This document shows, piece by piece, positions 54,070-64,000 of a stretch of DNA of 64,000 nt. A program made the position numbers and the translations under genes. Below the pieces are notes generated by a model that worked only from the letters and a program-made list of their open reading frames with translations, was not told the origin of the DNA and ran no database searches. The DNA is taken from contig OX597814.1 in assembly GCA_951406725.2 (NCBI GenBank), positions 223,696,001-223,760,000 on the forward strand, read 5' to 3'. Source of the DNA: Octopus vulgaris (lineage: Eukaryota). Positions within the stretch are counted from its first letter, which is position 1, and every line of letters begins with the position of its first letter.

Positions 54070-54220
54070 GTATTAGTACTTAATTATCGACCCCCAGAAG
54101 GTTGAACGGCTCGGTTGACCTCGCCCTGGAAGGATGAAAACCAAAGTTAGCCCCTGCGGGATTTGAACTCAAAAGGCATGAAACCAATATAAATACCCAC
54201 CCTCTAACGACTCTGCCAAA
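54070..54220 (-). mobile_element. SINE family B fragments
   Basis: agtacttaattatcgacccc...ggatgaaa...gggatttgaactc. Confidence 0.65.
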
Positions 54221-54969
54221 TATATCTATAACCTCTCCGACAGCTACTACAAATATACGTGATTCTCTAATTCTACATCGACTCAGTGAACCTGTCTTTC
54301 CTTCAGTTTAATTTTCCTGTTATTAATTAATGTTTACACAATCTTTCTTTCCCGGAGAAGTGAATCGCTTTCAGCAATTCGCTTCTCCATTCGAACTTTC
54401 TCATCAAGTGCTAAATCAAAATGAAACAAATATTTCCGCCCACCTCTTCTTTCACTACAGTCTAAGCTGTCTCCATTGCAGAACACAAAAAGAAATCCTG
54501 CCTACTCGCCTTAAGTTACTAAGCAACACATTTAAAGAATTTTTGACCCAAAAGAAAAAGCTCTGAAACTAAAAGCAACAACAACGACTAACGGTGATGA
54601 TTATGGTGATGATAATGAAGATAAAGGAGAAGGGGAGGGTGGGTGGGAGAAGACGAGAGAAAAGGTGGAAGAGAGGTGGGGAGGGGGAGGGAGGAGGATA
54701 TGGAGGGCGTAGGAGGATGGGGATGGAGAAGGGAGAGGGGAGAGAAAGAAGAGGGGATGGAGGAGGAAGGAGAGAGGAGGAGGGGAGAAAGGTAAGATGA
54801 GAAGACAAAGAAAGGAGAGGAAAAGGGGAGGCGGAGGAGGAAGAAGAAGAAGAAGAAGAAGGAAGAGGAGGATTAGGAGAGAAAGAATGAAGGTATCAGA
54901 TAAATAATGATCGTAGTATAAAGAGTAAATGAGGCTTACAGTAAAATGCTAACGTTGCTTGGAAGTTCA

Positions 54970-55372
54970 TTGTGATGATTACGATATAGATGACGATGGT
55001 GATGACGATCACGACGACAATGATGACGATGGTGATAATGATAATGGCGATGATGCTGATGATGATTATGATGACTATGATGAGGATGATGATGATGATG
55101 ATGATGATCACGACGACAATGATTACGATGGTGATAATGACGATGAAGATGATGATAATGACGATGATGATGATGTCGATAATGACGATGATTACGACGA
55201 CGATGACGATGATGATGATGATGACGACGACGACGGCGATGATGACAGTCATAATGCCGACGACGACTGCTGTTATGATGATGGTTACCATGATGATGAT
55301 GATGATCATCATCATCATCATCATCATCATAATAATAATAATAATAATTACCATCGTCATCATCATCACCCG
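54970..55372. repeat. Degenerate (GAT/GAC)n tract switching to (CAT)n/(AAT)n
   Basis: Seen directly; strand switch at ~55305. Confidence 0.9.
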
Positions 55373-55842
55373 AATCATATACGACATTGCTAAACGAAAG
55401 CAACCAATGATTCATTGATTAAGTTTAATGTTTTTTACTTCATTTTAACGAGAATAAAAGTTAATGGTTGTTATAGTAACGCCTATATTGCGATTCATTT
55501 TTTTTTTCTTTTTTGGTTTTCTTATATTTATTTACTTAAATTTCTTGTTACTAATACACATGATATTTTTTGGGTGGTTGTTGTTAATTCTATAAAAATA
55601 TTTGTCTTTTCTATGTAGATTGGATTGCTATTTTCAGTTTGCTTTGAGGTCTTTTATGAAGCTGGTTCACAAAAAAAATGCCGAGTATTTCTTCAATGCT
55701 CTCCTCATTAAAAGTACTTCATCTCCATAGACTGTCGGTAAAAAGGTTTTTTGATACAACTTTATTTCATTCATATACCAAGTTATACTGGATTCTAATA
55801 GCATTTTATGCCCGTATCCATGTGTGCTCTGACGATTGTGCA

Positions 55843-55881
<39 letters not shown>

Positions 55882-55914
55882 GTGTGTGTGTGTGTGTGTA
55901 TATCTATATATCTA

Positions 55915-55947
<33 letters not shown>

Positions 55948-55960
55948 TGTATATATACCA

Positions 55961-56132
55961 TATACCTTACATATAAATATATACATATTATATATTATAT
56001 ATATATGATTCATACATATATTATATATATTGCATATATATATATGTATATGTAATATATATTTATATACAATATATGTATGAATCATATATATATAATA
56101 TATAATATGTATATATTTATATGTAAGGTATA
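55961..56132. repeat. Perfect 62-bp inverted repeat with 48-bp spacer
   Basis: 55961-56022 is the exact reverse complement of 56071-56132. Confidence 0.9.
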
Positions 56133-56226
56133 TATATATATATAATATATTATGTATATGTATGGATACATATATATATACACACACACACTTATATATA
56201 TATAGTTTTAACTAAATGTATTCATT

Positions 56227-56261
<35 letters not shown>

Positions 56262-56450
56262 GTGTATGTGCGTATACATACGTATGTATATGTGTTTGTG
56301 TGTTTGTGTGAGTCTGAATGTGTGTGGGTGCGTCCGTGTGTTATTTTTTATCAGTTAGTTTTGAGGTACAAAACAGGAAAATAAAATAAACACACCCGTT
56401 TGTATGAAGTGTACAGAGGCTGATGTATGTGTGCTTATGTATGTGCACGT

Positions 56451-56486
<36 letters not shown>

Positions 56487-56849
56487 CTGTGTGCGAATAG
56501 GTACTGATATACACAGTCTTGCATATGTTTGTGTGATATGTATGTTTGTATGCATTGATTTTGAGCATATCCTTAGGTGTATATATTTATCAGCTTATAT
56601 ATGTATGTGTGTGTAGGCATATATTTGAGTGTAAGTGTTTATGTATAGATAAATACAGACATGTATCCGGCTGATGGGCAAAGCGTCAGATAGATTATTT
56701 TCACTGCCCTGAGTATATATGCTCAGAGTTCAATTCCTGTCGAGGTTGACTCTGTAGTTAATTTATTCAGAGTCGATAAATAAATTTCCAATTTTGTACT
56801 AAAGTCATTTCTTTTCTTCCTTCTTTTATCTATATATATACATGTTAAA

Positions 56850-58450
56850 CCTATACAGTGAAGGGCTCACCGACAAAGACTAGGACTATATGACCAATTT
56901 CAAAACTAAAACCAGCCAATTTTACGGTATTCCCAAGATACACAAAAGTGAGAAAATAAGTAACGCATGCAAGATAGTCACAGACATAATAATCAAAGTC
57001 CCTACTCCTAATGACCTATAATAGCAGGTCCCGTATGCGAAACCCACCGCCTCAGTAACTTTTTAGATACCCTCTTAAAACCACTCCTCAAACATGTCAA
57101 AAGCTATATAAGGGACGACCTGGATATGCTCAATCACTTGCCTAAAACAATAAACAAAAACACCCTACTAGTATCCTTCGATGTAGTCAACCTCTATTCC
57201 AATATCCCCCACAACCTAAGAATAGAGGCAATTCAATTCTGGCTAGAGAATTACGCCAACGAACTGCCACATCGCAGAAAAAAAAGAATTCGTGACAGAA
57301 GGGCTACAATTCATCTTGGAGAATAACTACTTCGTTTACAAAGACTTCTATCGACAAAAATCAGAGACTGCGATGGGTACGAGAATGGCCCCCTTCTTTG
57401 CTAACCTAGTCATGGGATGTCTAGAAATTAGTCCTTATCGTAAGGTTCTAGAAACATACGGCAGTCCATTCTCCCTCTCTTTACTCTTTTTACTCTTTTA
57501 CTTGTTTCAGTCATTTGACTGCGGCCATGCTGGAGCACCGCCTTTAGTCGAGCAAATCGACCCCAGTACTTATTCTTTGTAAACCTAGTACTTATTCTAT
57601 CGGTCACTTTTATCGAACCGCTAAGTTACGGAGACGTAAATACACCAGCATCGGTTGTCAAGCGATGTTGGGGGACAAACACAGACACAAACATACACAC
57701 ACACATACATATATATAGACATATATACGACGGGCTTCTTTTAGTTTCCGTCTACCAAAACCATTCACAAGGCTTTGGTCGGCCCCAGGCTATAGTAGAA
57801 GACACTTGCCCAAAGTGCCACGCAGTGGGACGGAATCCGGAACCATGTGGTTGGTAAGCAAGCTACTTACCACACAGCCACTCCTACGCCTAGATAGAAA
57901 ATAACTGGAAGAAATAACTGGTTGACTGTTTCATTCTTTGGCATAAAAGTATAGAGAGACTTAAAAATTTCAAGCACTTTTGGCAAGAGACAGCCCAAAT
58001 CTATGAAAAGTCTTCTAACACAAGCCCGAATACGCTCAAGAACAACACTGAAGCCGTCAGTAAAAAAATGCGGAAGACCCAACTGTGTGATATGTGTCAA
58101 TTTAATTGAGGGATCCGGGTTCTCCTTGAAACAGGGACAACGTTTCACAGAGAAAAGCAGCTTTACATGTGCTTCGGACCTGATATACGCACTAACATGC
58201 TCTGGGTTTCAAGAGCAATACATAGGCCAAACAAAACCCAGTCTACGTTAAAGGATGGCTCTGCACAGATCCCAGATCAAAATTTAAAAAAAAAAAAACA
58301 GAAAAAAATATCATTCAGCCAAAACATCAACATTTGCGCCAATAACAAAAATCCAAGCTTCAGAATTTTTCCCCTCTATCAATTCAGGGACGATACAACC
58401 TGTAGCCAACGAATTGGTAAAGAGTCTCTTTATTATAAAATACAGACCCA
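56850..58450 (+). pseudogene. Penelope-like element RT + GIY-YIG endonuclease, decayed and interrupted by a SINE
   Basis: FYGIPKIHK; LLVSFDVVNLYSNIPH; FYRQKSETAMGTRMAPFFANLVM; then CGRPNCVIC and FTCASDLIYALTC...YIGQT. Confidence 0.88.
57476..57890 (-). mobile_element. SINE family A, full length, inserted into the Penelope ORF
   Basis: Reverse complement ggcgtaggagtggctgtgtggtaagtagcttgcttaccaaccac...gtaaaagag. Confidence 0.95.
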
Positions 58451-58911
58451 TTTTGAACGCATCTGCAACAAATTACATACCAACCACGACCTTAGAATAA
58501 CACACACGCAAATATTAAAAATGATACATTCAAAAGAGATACCCAAGAATTCATTAAAAAACAGATCCAAACACTACTATAATCCACAACGAACCACTTT
58601 TAGGTCACCATTTAACCATTTAACATCCTACCACTATCATACCACTCACACATTCTTTTGTTATTCTTTCTCTTCTCCTCTGTCTCCTTCTTCGTCTTCT
58701 TCTTCCTCTCCGCCACCTCTTCCTTACTTTACTACTATTGCTGTTTAGAATAACACCTACGCAATTATAATCAATACATTCAAGAGATATCTCAAGAAAT
58801 CAGTCACTACTACCATCCACAACAAGTCACTTTCAGGACACTTGACCATTTAACATCCTACTACTATCATAGCACTCCCACCCTTTCTTCTTCTTCTTCT
58901 TCTTCTTCTTC

Positions 58912-58977
<66 letters not shown>

Positions 58978-59039
58978 TCTGTCAAGAATTCACAACAACC
59001 TCGAACCCACAAGAGAGACAGAGACAGGCAGAAACAACG

Positions 59040-59214
59040 AAAATGTCCCTTTCTATTTGAATACTATGCAAATATTCTTTTAAAATGTTTTTCATTTAAT
59101 TTTTCCCAAATTTAATTGTTTTCCATACTTACTGTTGAAAAAGTTTCAATAACCGAAACCGGTACTGAAATGTTTTTTATAAAATTATTTTAGCATTTTC
59201 TACCTTGACTTCTT

Positions 59215-59258
<44 letters not shown>

Positions 59259-59372
59259 AGATATATATATATATATATGTGTGTTTGTGTGTGTGTGTAT
59301 ACATATATATACATATTATATACATATGTATCATATGTATATATTATATATATTATATATATATATATATAA

Positions 59373-59410
<38 letters not shown>

Positions 59411-59810
59411 CAGAGAAATACATACATAGGTGCAGGAGTGGCTGTGTAGTAAGAAGCTTCCTTCCCAACCACATGGTTCCGGGTTCAGTACCAATGGGCC
59501 GACCAAAGCCTTGTGAGCGGTTTTGGTAGACCGAAACTGAAAGAAGCCCATCGTATATATGCGTGTGTGTATACATATATATGTGTAGAATGTTGAAAAG
59601 TAACACACGAGTTGATATGTATAAGGAAAATAAGACAAGGTAGAAAATGCTAAAATAATTTTCTCATGAAGAACATTTTAGTACCGGTTTCAGGCTTTGC
59701 GATGTTTTCAACTTAGAGTAAAGCATGAAAAACAATTAAATTGTGGAAAAATTACATGAAATATTTTTCTTAGAATATTTCCATAGTTCTCAAATACGTG
59801 GGACACATTT
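59040..59810. repeat. Inverted pair of ~170-bp repeats (59040-59207 / 59636-59810), third partial copy at 60861-60966; probable Penelope terminal repeats
   Basis: gaaaccggtactgaaatg...ttttagcattttctaccttg versus caaggtagaaaatgctaaaa...cattttagtaccggtttc. Lies directly 3' of the Penelope ORF. Confidence 0.6.
59428..59555 (+). mobile_element. SINE family A, 5' half with internal deletion
   Basis: ggtgcaggagtggctgtgtagtaag...gaaactgaaagaagccc. Confidence 0.85.
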
Positions 59811-59855
59811 CTCTCTCTCTTTCTCTCGCTCTCTCTCTCTATATATATATATATA

Positions 59856-60240
59856 CTAGCAGTATCGCCCGGCGTTGCTCAGGTTTGTAAGGGAAATAAC
59901 TATAAAGCATCTTTAGAGAGTTATAGCCAAAAAATAGCAAAAAAATGGAAAAAAAATGATGGTAAATTTTTTTTTGAGAGTAAAAAAAGGTTGAGTTGCG
60001 TCCCCTAGACAGTCTGTGGTTTGTTTTTTTTTATTCTCGACCCCATGTCGAATTTATCGATTTTTTTCAGAACTGGGGGAACTTTTCAAAATTTTCGCTG
60101 CGTTAGTTTTGAATTATGACATTGGGCTATGCGTGTGTCAAGTTTCATCAGAATCGGTTGAAAGCCGTGGTCAGGGTGAGGGTACGAGAAAACAGACACA
60201 CAGAAACACGCACAGACAAACTGCCGTTTATATATAGAGA
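59856..60240 (-). mobile_element. Non-autonomous Helitron (Lep1-like)
   Basis: Minus strand starts TCtctatatataaacggcag with a (CTGT)-like repeat and ends cctgagcaacgccgggcga...CTAG followed by T; sits in an AT dinucleotide run. Confidence 0.75.
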
Positions 60241-60477
60241 GATATATATATATATCACACTTTAATGAAGGCTCGGAAGTATCAGATCTGAAGAAGTATT
60301 TTAATATGAGGGATGTGGATTTTGGGTTTTGATTGTTTAAGAAGCAGTAGCCGAGGAAGAAGATACATACACGCACACAATTTTTACATACTTGGACATA
60401 CACACAGACGCACACACACACACACACACACGCACGCGCGCACACACAGAGTAACGCACATTTACGCCACAGACATA

Positions 60478-60845
60478 TATGGCTGTGCGATAAGTAGCTT
60501 GCTTACCAACCTCATGGTCCTGGGTTCAGTCCCACTGCGTGACACCTTGGGCAAGTGTCTTCTACTATAACCTCGGGCCGACCAAAACTTTGTGAGTGGA
60601 TGTGGTAGACGGAAACTAGAAGAAGCCCGTCGTATATATGTATATATATATATGTATGTGTGTGTATATGTTTGTCTGTCTGCGTTTGTCCCTTAACATT
60701 GCTTGACAACCGATGCTGGTGTGATTGCGTCCCCGTAACTTAGCGGTTCGGCAAAAGACACCGATTGAATAAGTACTAAGCCTACAGAGACTAAGATCTG
60801 GGGTCAATTTGCTCGACTAAAGGCGGCGCTCCAGCATGGCCGCAC
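60478..60845 (+). mobile_element. SINE family A
   Basis: tggctgtgcgataagtagcttgcttaccaacc...ccagcatggccgca. Confidence 0.9.
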
Positions 60846-60990
60846 TACACACACACACATACATTTTAGTACCGGTTTCAGTCTTTGTGGCTTTTTCAGA
60901 GAAAAGCATGAAAAACACTGATTTTTAAAAATATTTCCATACTTTTCAAATACAAGGGACATTTTCCTTTTCTGTCTGTGTCTCTCTGTT

Positions 60991-61071
<81 letters not shown>

Positions 61072-61245
61072 CTTGTGAAGGCTTGGTAGTAAATAGTAGC
61101 CGTCCTAAAAGACTATTTGATTTGAGGGATGCGAGTTCTCCGTTTTGATTGTTTAAGCAGCTGTAGCCGAGGAAGGGGTGGCGAAGAAGAAGAAGAAGAA
61201 TATATATATTCTCGTTTTTACTTCTTACCACATAGCCACGCCTAC

Positions 61246-61297
<52 letters not shown>

Positions 61298-61298
61298 C

Positions 61299-61329
<31 letters not shown>

Positions 61330-62604
61330 CAAACAGATAGATAGATAGATAGATAGACAAACAGATAGATAGATAGATAGATAGACAAACAGACAGACAG
61401 ACAGATAGACAGAGGGACAGACAGACATGTGTGAGTGCGTGTGTGATAACGTTTTATCATGCTTTCTTTTATCTGAAGCGACTGAATGCATTTGCTATGT
61501 ATATCGGATTTTGATCTTACCTCATCTCTATGCAGTACCGTTTAAGAGGGAAATTTTCTGGTAAGGGCCAATTTATTGTATTTATACAGTTACCTTCCCG
61601 TTGAAGTTGGGTTATGGCTGAAAATTTGTGAGCCATTTTATCCAAACAACGGTTGTGAGCTTTTATATCCAGTTTAATGCCCGAAATATTTTAACACCCT
61701 GTTAGCATAAAATTATCCTCAAAGAAGATAAGGGACTTCCTTATAAGAATACGCTCCCTCTACTCCACATAATACAACAAAAATATTTAATAAAACTTCT
61801 GTAAAACTCTCTTTCGTAGCATAGATTCACAAATCTTTAACCATAACCATAAAGCAAAACGTGCAACACAACGCAACTACTTTAATCTGAATGCAAAGGT
61901 AGAAATACAGTAAACCACCCACAACAAAAACATCTGTCAAAAGCAGTTGTACATAAAGCAAATGTAAGATGGAATTAGCATTTATCGGGTTAACAAGGAA
62001 TCACCGCAAATTCCCTTTGCATAGGAACGCCTATTCACAATCAAATATTTGAGAAAACTAACTACACTTCATTATCACAACACATATGGCACCTCAAAGG
62101 CGGATGAGACAACAAATCCATCGTAGAATAGAGTATTGACAAGAAACGAAAGCGTTACAAAGGACATGGCAGCAGTTGCAGATTATGCTGAACTAAAAAA
62201 GTTTCAAGTGCTAACAACACGTTTAATATTCTGAATAATGAAGCAGGATTTTTTCTGCATTCGTTTCCACATAAAGATATTGTCTCGAATCGTTTAAACA
62301 TATCATTATAGCAGTCACATTTGAATAAGTAACCAAGTATACAGCGAAGTTAAAATCTGAATGTTTGCAAAGTGACACAGAAAATCATCTACTTTTGCGA
62401 TGTCAAACAAATGGTTTTACAGTGATTTCCACGAACAATTATTAATATCGTTTACATTGTGCATTATCTCCCGCTGTAGGGGATCCAACTTTTCTTCCCT
62501 GTTTTGATTATATTTCACAAGCAATAAATTCTATATTTTAAAAAAATGTAAAAACTGCATTATATTACAAATTACCCCTCCATTAAACAGACATACAGAC
62601 AGAC

Positions 62605-62650
<46 letters not shown>

Positions 62651-62777
62651 TGAGAGAGAGATAAATACAGTGAGACACAGAAAGAGAGATTGACTTAGAT
62701 AATTGTATTATATATATATATATGCATATAAATATGTGTGTGTGCGTATGTCTGTGTGTGTGGAGAGAGAGAGAGAG

Positions 62778-63020
62778 ATGCGTGGCGTAGTGGTTAGTGT
62801 GCTGGCCTCATGATCGTAAGGCTGCGGTTTCGATTCCTGGACCAGGCGATGCATTATATTCTTGAGCAAAACATGTCATTTCACATTGCCCCAGTCCACT
62901 CATCTGGCAAAAATGAGTAATCCTGCGATCGACCGGTGTCCCGTCCAGATAGGGGACGGGACACAAAAAGCGGGAAGCCGGCACTATGAGACTATATTAC
63001 TCACGAGGAAGCTTTAATAC
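62778..63020 (+). mobile_element. tRNA-derived SINE (CORE/Meta-like body)
   Basis: A-box tggcgtagtgg, B-box ggtttcgattcc, then ttcttgagcaaaaca...cagtccactca. Confidence 0.75.
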
Positions 63021-63200
63021 TTGATATTGATAGATAGATAGATAAATAAATAGATAGAGAGAGAGAGAGAGAGAGAAACAGAGTAATAGATACCGCGAAA
63101 TATCTATATTTATATGTATGTATGTATATATGTATGTATGCATATACACATCTATGAATGTAAACATATATATATATACCTAAATTTATAGATATATATC

Positions 63201-63238
<38 letters not shown>

Positions 63239-63241
<3 letters not shown>

Positions 63242-64000
63242 CTATCGCAACATGTTGAATATCCGACAAGGCATCGGTCTGTGCAGCAGCCATCTATGCT
63301 AGATCTGGTATTCTCCCGCTATCCAAGATCAGTGTCAGACGTATCTGTGTGCGCCCCTCTTGCCAAGAGTGATCATGCGGTCCTGAAGTTCGTCATGCAC
63401 ACAACTTTTTCCACGCCCACGATTACTTCGCTGCCACGTAGAGTCTTCTCTGCAATTAATCTTGAAATTCTAACCGAGGCTTCCGCGCTTCTGGACTGGC
63501 GATCCCTGATGACGTTGTCCTCAGTTGACGAACTATGGTCATCCCTCAAAGCATATGTAATCTGTTTGACTGACCAGGCAGTTCCCGTTGGGCTTCCCAA
63601 GAGAAAGAAACACAAGCCCTGGGTGACGAAGAAGGTTAAACGAGAACGTCGACTCAGAGATATTGCTTGGGCTGAATTCAAAAATCTGGATTCGACTGCA
63701 GCTTTTGAGGTGTACAAAACTCAACGAGAGCGAGCCGTGAAAATTGAAAAGAAAGAACGCTTCAGTTATGAATACAAAATCGCGGCAAATGCCAGTAGCA
63801 ATCCAAAAACCTTCTTTGCCCATGTCCAGCGGAATTCCCGCTTGAACAACCAGATTGCAACGTTGGTAGACTCAACAGGCGTATCGATTGAGGACCCTTA
63901 TCAACAGAGTCAATTATTTGCCGAGGCTTTTTCAACTATTTTCAAACAAGATGATGGTCGTGAACCCCCTCCATTTGATAGATCGGTACCTCCAATGCTT
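63239..64000 (+). mobile_element. CR1-group LINE ORF2 (APE C-terminus and linker), 5'-truncated, open to window end
   Basis: Stop-free frame of 254 codons: QHVEYPTR...SMLDLVF...LAKSDHAVLKF...KPWVTKKVK...NPKTFFAHV...LFAEAFSTIF. Begins immediately after a (TA)n tract. Absent from the ORF track because it has no stop in the window. Confidence 0.9.

Noticed and set aside
54896-55418. Poly-Asp/His/Met ORFs
   Set aside because: Translation of (GAT/CAT)n simple repeats, open in several frames.
14883-61491. Numerous YI/CV/HT-rich ORFs in the ORF track
   Set aside because: All derive from (TA)n, (TG)n or (TATG)n microsatellites.
62778-62852. tRNA gene
   Set aside because: A/B boxes are present but the cloverleaf is imperfect and the sequence continues into a SINE body; the same applies to 24380-24449 and 52132-52200.

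Overview
Eukaryotic, AT-rich, microsatellite-dense DNA dominated by transposable elements. The SINE families and repeat landscape suggest an octopus/cephalopod genome (inference). No confident host gene is present. The main feature is a head-to-tail array of ~2.0-kb units (1-12741, minus strand, six full units plus one partial). Each unit encodes only an L1/Tx1-type ORF1 (~415 aa when reconstructed; RRM-like region plus one CCHC zinc knuckle) and has no endonuclease or reverse transcriptase. Every unit junction carries the same 15-bp sequence (AAGTAGCTTGCTAAC on the minus strand). This sequence is part of the tRNA-derived head of the abundant SINE in this window, and the array's right edge runs directly into that SINE head. 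An inverted, 5'-truncated solitary copy (17503-19236) is also followed by a variant of this SINE motif, then by a different element's apparent 5' end, then by the SINE's 3' half. The simplest reading is a non-autonomous, ORF1-only retroelement that inserts site-specifically into a SINE and stacks into tandem arrays, possibly with a sibling family sharing the target. The rest of the window contains SINEs, decayed Tc1/mariner, hAT, R4/Dong, RTE and Penelope elements, MITEs, a non-autonomous Helitron, degenerate hammerhead-like motifs and a young CR1-group LINE at the right edge.
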